A DNA stretch of 64,000 bases, from contig JANQFQ010000126.1 in the NCBI GenBank assembly GCA_028277765.1, positions 30,165-94,164 of the forward strand, written 5' to 3'. The notes beneath the pieces are model-generated. The model was given only the letters and a program-made list of their open reading frames with translations. It made no database searches and was not told the origin of the DNA. The translations under genes were made by a program, and so were the position numbers. Shown here one piece after another: positions 1 through 10,876 of this stretch (positions are counted from its first letter, which is position 1; each line of letters opens with the position of its first letter). This stretch comes from Desulfobacterales bacterium (lineage in GTDB: Bacteria; Desulfobacterota; Desulfobacteria; Desulfobacterales; SURF-7).

Positions 1-1605
1 ATGACGGATATCAACCGGAAACGATTTATGAAAAAGGACACTTTTTATGGATCTTGTTATCTCCTCTTTTTCAGCAAGTGCTAACAGCTCTTTTTCAATC
101 TTCTTCTTGCTGATGCTTATATTCTTTTCAGGTTCAACGCAGATCACAGGTGTTTGTACTTGCTCGTTACCAATGCCCACAAGCGCGCTTCTGAATACTG
201 CAGGATGCTGATTAAATACCGCTTCACAAGGAATAGTGAAAAGCGTGCCCTGATCAGTTGTTACACGGTGGTTCTTCCTGCCACAGAACCATACTCTCCC
301 TTTTTCATCCATCCAGCCAAGGTCACCCATCCTGTGCCATATCCGGTCATTCTCCCTGATCTTCGCCAGTGCGTCCGCTTTAGGGAGGTTATCATATTGT
401 TTGGTGACAACATCGCCGTCAACAGTTATTTCACCAATGTCACCGGATGGGACAGCAAGATCGTCAGACCAGGTTTCAATCGGTTCATCAATGATTTTAA
501 TGATCCTGATCCTGATATTGTCAAGGGGGTATCCAACACAGGTGCCGGAGTAAGTCTGTTCTTTCTTTTCTGCTTCCTCCAGAATTTCTTTGCTTCCTAT
601 GGAAACGATCGGAAAGGATTCAGTGGCGCCGTAAGGTGTATGGATTTCGGCATCGGAATTAAGTAAAGACGCGAACCGCTTAATATTTTCCGGTAGTACG
701 GGTGCTCCTGCTGAAACCACTCGTTTTAATGAAGGGAGCTTGATGCTATTTTTAGCCGCGTAACTACCGACACGGTTTAAAAGGGCAGGGGATCCGAACA
801 TGTTAGTTATATGGTGCTGTTTTATCGGTTGTATAATATTTTCAGGATTGACCAGCGCTGGTTTGGTGGGATCCATCTCCGGTATCACTGCCGTGATTCC
901 GAGTGCAGGGTCGAATATGGCAAACAAAGGAAAGGTGGGAAGGTCAATCTCATCTTCAGTAATATTAAAATGGGATTTAATCCGGTGTACCTGGGCGTCG
1001 AATGTGCCGTGGGTGTAAATTACCCCTTTTGCAGGGCCCGTGCTGCCGGTTGTGAACATAATGGCGGCTGTTTCATCTTTTTCTGTTACCGCTGGTGTAT
1101 ATGAATCGTATGACATATGACGCAGGTGTTTTAGTGTATACCCGCCCCAGCACCATCTACGTCCCGCAGTGATCCATATGTTAATTGATTTAAAAAATCC
1201 CGGGAACAGCGTACGAAGGATATGGGCTTTTGGAATACCGATAAACGCTTTAGGATGACTCTCCTTAAAGCAGTTGAGCATCCGTTTTATGCCCATACCA
1301 GGATCGACCATGACGGGTATAGCGCCAGTTTTTACAAGGGCGAAAGTGACGATAAAAAAATCGGGTCCCGGCCGGATCATTAAGATGGTTTTTGTACCTT
1401 TTTTAATACCCGATTTTTCAAGGCCTGAAGCAATGATGTCTGATTCACGGTCAAGCTGTTCAAATGTCATGACAGTATAATTGATATCACTATTATTATC
1501 CCGACCGGCAGGAAAGAGGACAGCATTCTTATTAGGCATTTTTTCGGCCCTGTTTTTCAGGTGATCAGCCAGGTTCATGTGGTTCTTATTATCAGGCATC
1601 GGCAT
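1..1605 (-). CDS. oleC: OleC, beta-lactone synthetase (AMP-dependent ligase family); 3' end runs off the window
   Basis: Missing from the ORF track because there is no stop in the window. Manual translation from ATG at 1605 gives MPMPDNKNHMNLADHL...; AMP-binding motif IMFTTGSTGPAKGV (~1020-1065); VDPGMG; C-terminal FPVDIRH at the window edge. Abuts the oleB stop. Confidence 0.9.
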   Translation of the reverse strand, partial: MPMPDNKNHMNLADHLKNRAEKMPNKNAVLFPAGRDNNSDINYTVMTFEQLDRESDIIASGLEKSGIKKGTKTILMIRPGPDFFIVTFALVKTGAIPVMVDPGMGIKRMLNCFKESHPKAFIGIPKAHILRTLFPGFFKSINIWITAGRRWCWGGYTLKHLRHMSYDSYTPAVTEKDETAAIMFTTGSTGPAKGVIYTHGTFDAQVHRIKSHFNITEDEIDLPTFPLFAIFDPALGITAVIPEMDPTKPALVNPENIIQPIKQHHITNMFGSPALLNRVGSYAAKNSIKLPSLKRVVSAGAPVLPENIKRFASLLNSDAEIHTPYGATESFPIVSIGSKEILEEAEKKEQTYSGTCVGYPLDNIRIRIIKIIDEPIETWSDDLAVPSGDIGEITVDGDVVTKQYDNLPKADALAKIRENDRIWHRMGDLGWMDEKGRVWFCGRKNHRVTTDQGTLFTIPCEAVFNQHPAVFRSALVGIGNEQVQTPVICVEPEKNISISKKKIEKELLALAEKEEITRSIKSVLFHKSFPVDIRH

Positions 1606-2508
1606 TTATTGTACAGTGGTCTGGTTTAAAAATACTTTTACTTCATGTAAAACCTTTTCCGGCTCATCTTCAAGCAGATAATGGCCGGCATCTGAAAATA
1701 ATCGTGTTTCCGCGTTGGGAAACCTTTTTTTCCATTCTTCATAATAGGTGCCGTCAAAAACAAAATCGTGTTTCCCCCAGCAGATAAGTTTTGGTATAGA
1801 GGCGAGAATATGAAGATGGTCATCAGCATTTTTTACAATATCGTAGCTGTGATCCCCCGGAGCAAGGGGGATATCCTGTACAAATTTAAGCGTGGCGATC
1901 CGGTTTTTCCATGAATTGTAAGGCGCAATCAATCCTTTTTTCACATCTCTGGACAGCCTTTTTCTGGGAGCCATATAAAGAGCTGCACGGGCAAAAATGT
2001 TCAGGCCCAGGACTGCAGGAATAGCAAAAGAGGCAATATTCCTGACAATCCATAAGCGGAGTGGAATTTTTTTCCCGCCGGGCGGCAGAAACGCTGCTGT
2101 ATTCAAGATGACCATTCGTGCAATTTTATCAGGATGTCTTAACGCATATGCTGTTCCGATCATTCCTCCCCAGTCATGAATAACCAGGGTTATCTTTTCA
2201 TTCAGGTTTAATGTATCAATGAATAACTCCAGATCGTCTATCCTTGATTTTAACCTGTAATCGTATGAATCCAGACCAGGCTTGTCAGAAAGACCACAGC
2301 CGATATGATCAACAGCTATTGTCCTGTAAAGCGGGGACAGGCCTTTTATAAGTTCCCTGAAATAGAATGACCACGTGGGATTTCCGTGAATCATCACAAC
2401 CGGATCACCAGAACCTTCATCAATATAATGGTATTTAAATTTGTTGATTTCAACAAATCTGGATGTAAATGGATACAGGTGCTGAAATTCTGATGTGTTA
2501 AGAGTCAT
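1606..2508 (-). CDS. oleB: OleB, beta-lactone decarboxylase (haloalkane dehalogenase-like alpha/beta hydrolase)
   Basis: HGNPTW oxyanion motif, HDWGG nucleophile Asp, GHYLLED His; lies between oleA and oleC. Confidence 0.9.
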   Translation of the reverse strand: MTLNTSEFQHLYPFTSRFVEINKFKYHYIDEGSGDPVVMIHGNPTWSFYFRELIKGLSPLYRTIAVDHIGCGLSDKPGLDSYDYRLKSRIDDLELFIDTLNLNEKITLVIHDWGGMIGTAYALRHPDKIARMVILNTAAFLPPGGKKIPLRLWIVRNIASFAIPAVLGLNIFARAALYMAPRKRLSRDVKKGLIAPYNSWKNRIATLKFVQDIPLAPGDHSYDIVKNADDHLHILASIPKLICWGKHDFVFDGTYYEEWKKRFPNAETRLFSDAGHYLLEDEPEKVLHEVKVFLNQTTVQ

Positions 2509-2517
2509 TATGTTGGA

Positions 2518-3558
2518 TTACCACTTAATCCCCAGCATCAGGCAGTTGAGGCCGCTTCCTATCCCGAGGAAACCGACAAGATCGTCCTTGACAAGAAATT
2601 CCCGTTCAGAGGCGATTGCTGCTGTAAGGGGGAGGGAGACTGTACCCATGTTGCCCAGAAACTGGAATGTTGTAAAATCCCTGTCATCAGGGATACCGAT
2701 GGAGTCCCGTATGGTTTTTTGATGAACAGAACCGACCTGGTGGCAGATGATTTTATCTGGCTGTCCGTTGGTTAAAGAGAGCTCTTTTTTAAACGCGGTA
2801 AATGTCTCAATCCCCAGCTTTACGCCATTTTTTAAGACACCAACGGAATCCGTATTCATCACATTAAGACCACTTGCAGGGATGCCGGTGTCAGGCCCCC
2901 ATGTACAAAGTTCATGGTGTTCGGCAGCGTTTTTCATGATGCCGCCGATAATTTTATGGCTGTTGGATGCAAGGGATTCGTCAGTAAGGAGTACGGCAAC
3001 AGCTCCTGAACCGCCGGTAAGGGTGGCGACTGTCCTCCTGAAGGTATCCATGTCCATGGCTTCAAGGATACGGTCAATGGTGCTGTAAACGATCTGACGC
3101 GCTGATTCGCATGACACCACAAGGCCGGCTTTTATCTGACCGAGTTCAATGGCGTTTGCCGTATGTATCATGCCGTTGATAACGCCAAGGCAGGCGTTTG
3201 ACACATCGCAAATCTCCGTATCAGGACTTAAACGAAGACCGTGGGAAACCGCACAGGCCGTTGCTGGTTCAAGGTTGTCACGGCATACACCGCCATAGAC
3301 AAGCATCTGTATCTGTTCAGGGGAAATCCCGGAGTTTTCGATTGCTTTCTGTCCAGCGCGGATGGCGCCCATATGCATTTTATAGTCAGGATCCCAGAAG
3401 CGCCGCTCCCTTACACCGGTCAGTGCTTCCAGCTGCCCCTTTTGAAGGTGAAGTTTATCGTAGAGAGGGAGGAGGTTCTCTTCCAGGTCCTCTGATGTTA
3501 CAACGTTAGGGGCCAGTTCATAGCCAAAAGATTTTATATAGACTTTTGAATAAAGCAT
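2518..3558 (-). CDS. oleA: OleA, acyl-CoA condensing thiolase/KAS III-family enzyme
   Basis: RDNLEPATA (catalytic Glu), DVSNACLG (Cys), HQVG and LGNMG (His/Asn), LGIGSGLN; operon with oleBC. Confidence 0.9.
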   Translation of the reverse strand: MLYSKVYIKSFGYELAPNVVTSEDLEENLLPLYDKLHLQKGQLEALTGVRERRFWDPDYKMHMGAIRAGQKAIENSGISPEQIQMLVYGGVCRDNLEPATACAVSHGLRLSPDTEICDVSNACLGVINGMIHTANAIELGQIKAGLVVSCESARQIVYSTIDRILEAMDMDTFRRTVATLTGGSGAVAVLLTDESLASNSHKIIGGIMKNAAEHHELCTWGPDTGIPASGLNVMNTDSVGVLKNGVKLGIETFTAFKKELSLTNGQPDKIICHQVGSVHQKTIRDSIGIPDDRDFTTFQFLGNMGTVSLPLTAAIASEREFLVKDDLVGFLGIGSGLNCLMLGIKW

Positions 3559-3596
3559 CGTATGGTTATGTATAATTTTTAAAAAAAACTGGTTGA

Positions 3597-3625
3597 TTTA
3601 TATACGTGCCTGTTGCTTATGTCAA
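3597..3625 (-). promoter_or_regulatory. Putative sigma70 promoter of oleABC
   Basis: Minus strand TTGACA (3625-3620), 17 bp spacer, TATAAA (3602-3597), about 40 bp upstream of the oleA start. Confidence 0.6.
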
Positions 3626-3748
3626 CTTATCAATTACTGTAAAGATCATGGCCCAGAGGCCCAGGGTTTTCATATCAGACTAAATATTATAAAGTTAGCT
3701 TTTCAAATCCTGTAACTCGTATTTTTACGATTAATATGAAAAATTGGA

Positions 3749-6700
3749 TTAAGCGGGCAATAGCTGGATTCCAAAATCGTCCATTTTGTAAATATACAGT
3801 CCATCAACTTTCAAATAACCATCTGCGATAATACCTGGATATGGATGTTCAAGGATTTTTTTCACAATTGCTTCAACCACGATCTTCTTGTTTCCCTGAA
3901 CAATTTGTCCCCTGTACAGCCATGAATGGGGATGCCCGGTTAAAAGACCGAATCTGTGTGAGTGGGACAAGTCTTTCCATTTGTCCATAACCATAAACTT
4001 CAACAGCTGTGTAAAGGAATCAAGACCGAGTGATCCCGGGCACACAGGATCCTGAAAAAAATGGGCCTTGAAAAACCACTCCTCAGGGTCGACTTCTTTG
4101 GTTCCCCGGATAAAGCCAAGGCCATGGGGGCCGCCGTCGGGAATATACACCTCAATATCGTCGATCATGCGGATGGCCTTTGCAGGCATAACAGCTCCTC
4201 TCACCGGGTCAACCGTTTTGTCATCTGGTGATAATGGCGCGGTGTCTTCTAGTCTGCAGGAGACAGATCTTTCTAGTTCGCCCGGTGAAGGGACATAAGC
4301 GTTTTTATTTGCCCCTGGTATGCCGACCTGTTGGGCGAGTGCTTCTTTTGTAAAAAAACCAAAATAAGATGTTCCTTTATAAACAGTTGTCTCCTGTTGT
4401 TTAATCTCCATATCAAAATGTTCAATAATCATATCCGATGTTTCAGACACCTTGGTCATGCGTGATCGGGTAGTGAGCAGACTGTCTTCAGCCGTTATTT
4501 CATGAAACAGGGTCGTGCTTCCGCCAAGGTTCCGGAATTTGAGTTCCTTTTCGCTCCTGAGGGAAGAACCAGCATATGCGGCAAGCCATCCGCACGGCTG
4601 AAGTGCGATTTCATTGATAATGCAGTAAGGTATGGTGTTTGTCCTGTTTGCCTTGAAGAACCAGTCATCATGATGGATATTAAATTCCGCCTCAATCCAT
4701 CCAGAGGCTTTCAATATCCATGCTTCGGGTTCGATAAGGGTAATACGGTCCATGCACAGGTATGGCGGCCCAGGAAGCCTGGCAACAACTTTTTCGTTAT
4801 CAAAAACCTTATACAGTTCTCCAAAAGCATCTGATGGTTTGCCAACTGCAAAGTCGAGGAGTTGTTTCTTACTGAACAGGGTCGGCTTTCCAACAGAGAC
4901 AGATTCGATATTGTTGTCTTTATCTCTTTTATCCCAGAAAGATTCGACCTCATCTTTTGTGATATTGCTCAATTTAAGGGACATATCTTTAAAAAAGACA
5001 ATTTCATTGCCGTCTGTATACATATGGGCGTCCGCGATAATATACGGTTCAGGGTTGTAGCCGATTTTTTTGATTTCAACCTCATAAATGACATGGTCTG
5101 TTTCAGGTGTAACTGGTCCGCGGCATTTGAGCCGGCTTTTTACACCGATGACCGGTTCATACCGGACATCCTGCTTGTCCGTAACCCAGCCGAGTCGCTG
5201 GGAAAAGACACGGAGTGTGTGCTCACAACACTGATACATCAATGTGCCTGGCATGACCATGTCATCTACAAAATGGCAGGTCAGAAACCAGTCATCAGGA
5301 TGGATGTCTGCCTCAGCACGAATAATCCCCATACTGTACCTGCCGCCTTGAGGATCGATATCCAGGACACGGTCGATGAGCTTCATTCTTCCGCCGGGAA
5401 GGGTTATTGATTTAGGGAGATGAATTCCCTTGAAGTTTTCACCAAAGCCTGTTTCAAGGTCACCCTGTCTAAGGGCATCCACCTGGGTATCATCCATGGT
5501 ACATCTGGAAAAAGAGACCAGGTCTTTCCAGCCTGGATCCTTTGAGCCAGGTTCAGACCGTAAATCTTCTTCCGTAAGGATGATCCCGCCGGAATTCTCA
5601 ACCTCTTCTTCCGTGAAAAAGCCGGCACATCCATTTGTCATACTGATAAGATGTGAATCGCCGATATATCCGTTAAAATTAAAAAAGAACAAATAGGTGT
5701 CTCCCTGGCGGGCAAACCGTTCTATTTTGATTTCATATTGGATCACATCTCCAGGGCAGGGGAGTTCCCTGTGGAATACTACTTCAGCATCAAGAAGCCT
5801 GTATGCCCTTTCTCCTTTAACTTGAAGATCGATCCCTAGAAATGAACATAAAAACAGGTCTGCCTGTCCAGCTTCAACAGATATACATACAGGCGCTCTC
5901 CCTCCGTCAAGATACCAAGCATCAGGAAGGACATCATGCTCGGTTACTATTTTTCCTGACATCATTGAACATTTTTTACCTTCTATAGAGATAATCCTGT
6001 CAACCAGCATGAGCGGTTCATCTGGAAGGCGCACCCTGACATTGTATTCGTCAACAGGCGCGAATTCAGGGCCGAGAACCTTGGCAATCGATCCAACGGC
6101 AAATTCCATGCACAATTCGCGGGAAAAGGCAGGCAGGGAGGCCCTGTTTTTAAATGCTGGATCGTCTGTTATGGATTCAGGCATCCTCTCTTCATGGTGT
6201 ACTGCGGTTCCAGCTATATTTACCTGATGTAATAGGTATTGCTGGAGGTCAAAGGCTTGTGCGTATGTGTCAGAGAGTTCAGTTGAGAAATCAATAAATG
6301 CGTTATGCGCTTCAGATGTTGCTTCAATGCATTGAACCATTGTTCGGGAGAGTTCATTACCGGGAAGTTTTTCTGATACAAATAGCTGGCCGTTGGATTT
6401 GTTGTCAGGAAGATCGATAGTATTATTTATTATATCAGTATATTGAGATTGAAATGGGGCTTTGGTTTCTTCCATGTATGGTGTTGCTGGCCTTAATGGG
6501 GGTTCAGGGGAGGGAGGGGGACTGCCAACAACAATGGTAATTTTGTTTCCTGAATGGGCGTGCATTTCCTTTGATGTTTCAGCCTGGTCAAGAAGCAGGG
6601 GAGGGTATTCATCATCTCCATACAGTTTTTCAAGGTCAACATGGATATGTTCAGCCGCAGTTGCGGCAAGAAACTTTAAAACCGTAAGATAGTCATCTTC

Positions 6701-9700
6701 GCCCCGTGCGCACGCTGAAACAGCCAGGTGTGGTTTATCCTTAAGAATGTTGTTGATCATTCGTGTACAGGATGAATGGGGGCCCATTTCAAAAAATATT
6801 CTATATCCGTCCTTATAAGCCTGATGTATTGTCTCGGTAAAATCAAAACCAAAAAGCGCCTGGTTAAGAATTGACGAGGCTGTGCTATCGGTTGTGAGTT
6901 TGTGGATTCTACCCCGCGCGCAGCTATAATAGTCTATACCATCAGGCTGGTTTACAGGGAATAGATGCAGGGCTTTATAATCTTTTTTTACAGGTACAGC
7001 CGCATTGCAGTGAACAGTTACCACACCTTCAAGTAAAAAGGCTTCACACCCGAGTCTTGTGATGGCGGCTTCAACCTGTTTTTTTCTTCCGCCGATGACA
7101 CATTCATCAGGTGTGTTTACAATAAGCAGATTAACGGAATGAAGCTTTTTCACTGCTTTTTTTACAGCATCAGCAGGACGGTTTACCACAGCAACTGTCC
7201 AGCCAACATCTTCATCAGCAGGGACTTTCCACACCTTTCGAGCAGCATTACACGGACCTGCCAGTTCGGTTTTGAAAAGATTTGAATTTTTCATCCTTTC
7301 AAGCATATTTCCCCGTTCAGGCCATGCGCCGGTTGCGAAATAACCAGCAGTCTCCCCAAGGCTGTAGCCGATCACCGCTTTTGGTTTTATACCGAACCGG
7401 TTCACCAGTTCTGTAACAAGGCCACCATGGACAACCTGCCCGAAGATCATATTCAAAGGGTCTGATATAATGATATTATGCGCGTTTTCTTCCCATCCTG
7501 AATCCCAGGTAACACGCCAGGGGACATAGCACGCAGGTATCATCTGTGTTTTCAGTTCATCGGTTCGATGATCCATATTTCTTAGAAGCTCAGGCCACTG
7601 AACACCTGTGACACGGCCCATGCCCACGTAGTGATTACCTGATCCAGGATAAACAAATGCGACATTGTCTGAGATTCCTGAAGGTTCGGGGGAAAACCAT
7701 ACACCGCCAGGGCCGGTGATTTGGGAGCCGGTTTTTTCTCTTACTCTCTTTTTTGCCTGTTCCACCCATTTGTCAAGATTCAGAATATCACTTGCTACAA
7801 TAGATACAACATAACGGCTGCTCATATCAGGCGTGCTTTTTTCAAACCAGGACCTGGCTGTTAGTTCCATGCTGTCATGGATATCTGCTTTTTTTCGCGC
7901 ATGCTGGAGGAGATGGTCCAAATTCTCTGTGAGGTTCTTTTTATTTGACCCATGAACAATAAACAGACCAGCATTCTGAAGACCAAGAGGTTTTGTATGT
8001 TCTCGAAATACTTTCTGTAAAACAGCTTTGCTCCCTTTTTGTTCATAACCTTCAAGAATAACATGTGCGCAGTTGCCTTCATCTGTCATGGAGGCAATAC
8101 ATGTTCTTCGCGGTCCATTTTTGCTGTTTCTCAGCCAATAAGAGGGATATTTAGGAATATAAAAAATGTTATTGTCCCAGAGATCCTTCATGGCCGGGGA
8201 TGTAAAACCAGGCAGGGGAGGGATGATTTCATGATAAACAGAGAGGCAAGTCTTAATAAATGAGGCCATACTCCCTGCAGCACCTGCATGTCCGATATTC
8301 GGCATTATTGATCCAATGGCTGCCTGTCGGTATAGGGGTATGAGTGTGTCTTCTTGAATTCTAAGATGTTTTTCAAAAAAAACATGAAGGGCTTCTGCTT
8401 CAGCTGTATCTTCAAATTGGTTTCCACTGCCATGGGTTTCAATCTGGCTGATGGATGAGGCTGGTACATTTGCATCTTTAAAAGCGCGTTCAAGAGAGAG
8501 AATATATGATTTTTTTGTTTCCTCAATTGCCTGTTTTTTATTTGAAGACAGGTTTCCACAGGCAACAGCCCCATTTCCAGCAGAACCAATACCTTTAATG
8601 ATAGCATAAATCCTGTCATTATCCCTGACAGCGTGATCGAGCCGTTTTAAAACAACTGCGCCAGCCCCTTCGCATGGAAGGGGACTGTTTGGAGAATGGT
8701 CAAACGGGATGGACGGATTTTTCCTTGAATAGGGGCGTATGATGTTTGACGCAATTAAGTTCCTGATATCACATGATAAATCAACAGCGCCGATGATAAA
8801 AGAATCGGTTTCACCATTTTGGATTGATCGCAGCGCTATTTCCAGGGCTTTAATTCCTGATGCTTCTTCACAGGAGACCACAAATCCAGGGCCGCCGAGT
8901 CTAAATTCACGGGCGAGCCTGCTGGCAATAATACCGCCAAGGTTTCCGAGTGTACGCGCGGACGTAAGCGGGGGACCGCTTGAATCCCTTAGTTGTTCAA
9001 GCCATTCTTCCCTTTGATTGGCGTTAAGTTTTAAACTGTTTTCAGATATCCATTTATCTAATAAATTCAACATGTTCCATCTGAGGTGGTAGTTGGTTGC
9101 CTCAATATCAAAATTTATTCCAATTACCGCACCCATTTCAGGCCGATTTTTTCGTAAAGGGAGGCCCGCGTCTTTCATGGCATTTGCTGCGACTTTCAGC
9201 ATCAGGAGATGCTGGGGAAGGATATCTGGTATCTCGTTCGGCTGGATATGAAATTCACCAATCAGAATTGACAGCTCGTCAATGAAGTTACCAAAGGGCA
9301 TATCATTGTCTAGAAATAGTGATGATATGTTTTCTCCCCCTTTCCACCTGTTTTTAGGTCGTTTTTGGAAAGCGTTTACTCCATTGAATACTACTTCCTG
9401 GAAGTCACGCAATGTCTTGATTTCGCCAAATAAAGTATCCATTCCAATAACAGCTACATTTGGCGTCGATTCTTGTTGGTCGGTTATGGTAAGCGATGAT
9501 TTTTGAAAATGTTTTTTTGTTTCAGGTAACCATTCTTCAACAAGAAGATGCGCGTTGATACCACCGAATCCAAAAGCACTGACAGCAGCTCTGCGCGGGA
9601 TATGTTTATCTCTTTGTTTCCATTCTTCTGGTTCTGTCTGAATTTTAAACGGGCTGTTAATCAGGGGGCTGTCATCAGGCGGTTCTGAAAAATTGAGTGA

Positions 9701-10876
9701 AGGGGGAAGCATCCGATGATTTAAGGCAAGAATCGTTTTGATTAGACCGGCAGCTGATGAAGCGGTTAACAGATGGCCGATCATGGATTTGATCGATCCA
9801 ATAGCGCATTGTCCTTTGTCCCAGCCATCATTGCCCCATAAGGTATTCAGACTTTTCAGCTCTTCTGTATCACCAATGGGTGTTCCGGTACCATGACATT
9901 CAATATAATCCACATCAAAAGGGGACCAACCAGTTTGTTTGTATGCTTTGTGCATTGCCCTGACCTGTCCTTCACTGTCAGGTGTGAGCAGGTTACCTTC
10001 AATGTCATTTGAAAGTCCGATACCGCGGATAAGGGCGAAAATATGGTCATTGTCCCGAAGGGCGTCATTGAGCCGTTTCAGGACAAGCATTCCCGCACCT
10101 TCACCTACAACAAGTCCGTCGGCTGTTTTATCAAACGGCGAGCAAACACCTGAAGGGGAGAGGGCCTGGAGCTGAGTAAATCCGATCTGGGTATAAAGAG
10201 AATCTGGTCTTGAAACACCACCCGCAAGCATCACATCAGCCCGTTTTGAATTCAACGCATCACAGGCAAGCTTTATTGCGTAAAGTGAGGAAGAACAGGC
10301 AGCATCCAAAGTATAGCTCCCTCCACCAAGACCAAAAGCCTTTGCTGTCAGAGATGCTGGAAAACTGGTTATCCTTGAAGCAAGACTCTGGTGTATGGAA
10401 AGGGCTCGAAAGTCTGTTGATGATGAGCCAGGAAACAGAGTCTCTTCAAAAGACCGTCCTAGAATCTCTCTTGTGATAAAGGAGGATGTGTCTGTGGGGA
10501 GAACAATGCAGGCAAGGATAACACCTGTATTTTTTCGATCAATGGATGAGATATCGCACAAAGACAAAGCATTTTGCGCAGTATGAAGAACGATATGATA
10601 TAGAGGATCAAGCTTGGCAAGAAAACGTTCATCTAATGCTGCATGTTGAGGAATAAATTTAAAGTCATGGATAAGGCCGGCCCACCTGGAACATGCTTTG
10701 TCAGGAACAAGTGTTTCACTGAAAACAGTATCTGGCGGAATAATCCACCGGTCATCCGGCACCTCTGATATGGTTTCTTTTTTATTAATGATATTCTGCC
10801 AGTATGTCTTTAGATCAGGTGCACCTGGAAAAAGCCCTGACATACCGACAACAGCAATAGGCGGTTTCGTATGCAT
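3749..10876 (-). CDS. PUFA synthase/iterative type I PKS subunit, PfaBC/Pfa3-type (KS-CLF-AT-FabA-like DH modules)
   Basis: KS with DAACSSS/HGTGT/GHLL; second KS-like domain with Cys->Glu (VSCEEASG, chain-length factor); AT GYSLG; FabA-type DH motifs HFVDDMVMPG and HFFQDPVCPG, each preceded by a pseudo-DH (RLPDEPLMLVDRI, RLPGPPYLCMDRI); no ACP/KR/ER. Confidence 0.9.
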   Translation of the reverse strand: MHTKPPIAVVGMSGLFPGAPDLKTYWQNIINKKETISEVPDDRWIIPPDTVFSETLVPDKACSRWAGLIHDFKFIPQHAALDERFLAKLDPLYHIVLHTAQNALSLCDISSIDRKNTGVILACIVLPTDTSSFITREILGRSFEETLFPGSSSTDFRALSIHQSLASRITSFPASLTAKAFGLGGGSYTLDAACSSSLYAIKLACDALNSKRADVMLAGGVSRPDSLYTQIGFTQLQALSPSGVCSPFDKTADGLVVGEGAGMLVLKRLNDALRDNDHIFALIRGIGLSNDIEGNLLTPDSEGQVRAMHKAYKQTGWSPFDVDYIECHGTGTPIGDTEELKSLNTLWGNDGWDKGQCAIGSIKSMIGHLLTASSAAGLIKTILALNHRMLPPSLNFSEPPDDSPLINSPFKIQTEPEEWKQRDKHIPRRAAVSAFGFGGINAHLLVEEWLPETKKHFQKSSLTITDQQESTPNVAVIGMDTLFGEIKTLRDFQEVVFNGVNAFQKRPKNRWKGGENISSLFLDNDMPFGNFIDELSILIGEFHIQPNEIPDILPQHLLMLKVAANAMKDAGLPLRKNRPEMGAVIGINFDIEATNYHLRWNMLNLLDKWISENSLKLNANQREEWLEQLRDSSGPPLTSARTLGNLGGIIASRLAREFRLGGPGFVVSCEEASGIKALEIALRSIQNGETDSFIIGAVDLSCDIRNLIASNIIRPYSRKNPSIPFDHSPNSPLPCEGAGAVVLKRLDHAVRDNDRIYAIIKGIGSAGNGAVACGNLSSNKKQAIEETKKSYILSLERAFKDANVPASSISQIETHGSGNQFEDTAEAEALHVFFEKHLRIQEDTLIPLYRQAAIGSIMPNIGHAGAAGSMASFIKTCLSVYHEIIPPLPGFTSPAMKDLWDNNIFYIPKYPSYWLRNSKNGPRRTCIASMTDEGNCAHVILEGYEQKGSKAVLQKVFREHTKPLGLQNAGLFIVHGSNKKNLTENLDHLLQHARKKADIHDSMELTARSWFEKSTPDMSSRYVVSIVASDILNLDKWVEQAKKRVREKTGSQITGPGGVWFSPEPSGISDNVAFVYPGSGNHYVGMGRVTGVQWPELLRNMDHRTDELKTQMIPACYVPWRVTWDSGWEENAHNIIISDPLNMIFGQVVHGGLVTELVNRFGIKPKAVIGYSLGETAGYFATGAWPERGNMLERMKNSNLFKTELAGPCNAARKVWKVPADEDVGWTVAVVNRPADAVKKAVKKLHSVNLLIVNTPDECVIGGRKKQVEAAITRLGCEAFLLEGVVTVHCNAAVPVKKDYKALHLFPVNQPDGIDYYSCARGRIHKLTTDSTASSILNQALFGFDFTETIHQAYKDGYRIFFEMGPHSSCTRMINNILKDKPHLAVSACARGEDDYLTVLKFLAATAAEHIHVDLEKLYGDDEYPPLLLDQAETSKEMHAHSGNKITIVVGSPPPSPEPPLRPATPYMEETKAPFQSQYTDIINNTIDLPDNKSNGQLFVSEKLPGNELSRTMVQCIEATSEAHNAFIDFSTELSDTYAQAFDLQQYLLHQVNIAGTAVHHEERMPESITDDPAFKNRASLPAFSRELCMEFAVGSIAKVLGPEFAPVDEYNVRVRLPDEPLMLVDRIISIEGKKCSMMSGKIVTEHDVLPDAWYLDGGRAPVCISVEAGQADLFLCSFLGIDLQVKGERAYRLLDAEVVFHRELPCPGDVIQYEIKIERFARQGDTYLFFFNFNGYIGDSHLISMTNGCAGFFTEEEVENSGGIILTEEDLRSEPGSKDPGWKDLVSFSRCTMDDTQVDALRQGDLETGFGENFKGIHLPKSITLPGGRMKLIDRVLDIDPQGGRYSMGIIRAEADIHPDDWFLTCHFVDDMVMPGTLMYQCCEHTLRVFSQRLGWVTDKQDVRYEPVIGVKSRLKCRGPVTPETDHVIYEVEIKKIGYNPEPYIIADAHMYTDGNEIVFFKDMSLKLSNITKDEVESFWDKRDKDNNIESVSVGKPTLFSKKQLLDFAVGKPSDAFGELYKVFDNEKVVARLPGPPYLCMDRITLIEPEAWILKASGWIEAEFNIHHDDWFFKANRTNTIPYCIINEIALQPCGWLAAYAGSSLRSEKELKFRNLGGSTTLFHEITAEDSLLTTRSRMTKVSETSDMIIEHFDMEIKQQETTVYKGTSYFGFFTKEALAQQVGIPGANKNAYVPSPGELERSVSCRLEDTAPLSPDDKTVDPVRGAVMPAKAIRMIDDIEVYIPDGGPHGLGFIRGTKEVDPEEWFFKAHFFQDPVCPGSLGLDSFTQLLKFMVMDKWKDLSHSHRFGLLTGHPHSWLYRGQIVQGNKKIVVEAIVKKILEHPYPGIIADGYLKVDGLYIYKMDDFGIQLLPA

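Noticed and set aside
154..1480. Plus-strand ORFs 154-666, 800-1018, 811-1104 and 1274-1480
   Set aside because: Antisense shadows of oleC, which occupies the minus strand with clear motifs
1606..2508. Haloalkane dehalogenase call
   Set aside because: Same fold, but the position between oleA and oleC indicates OleB
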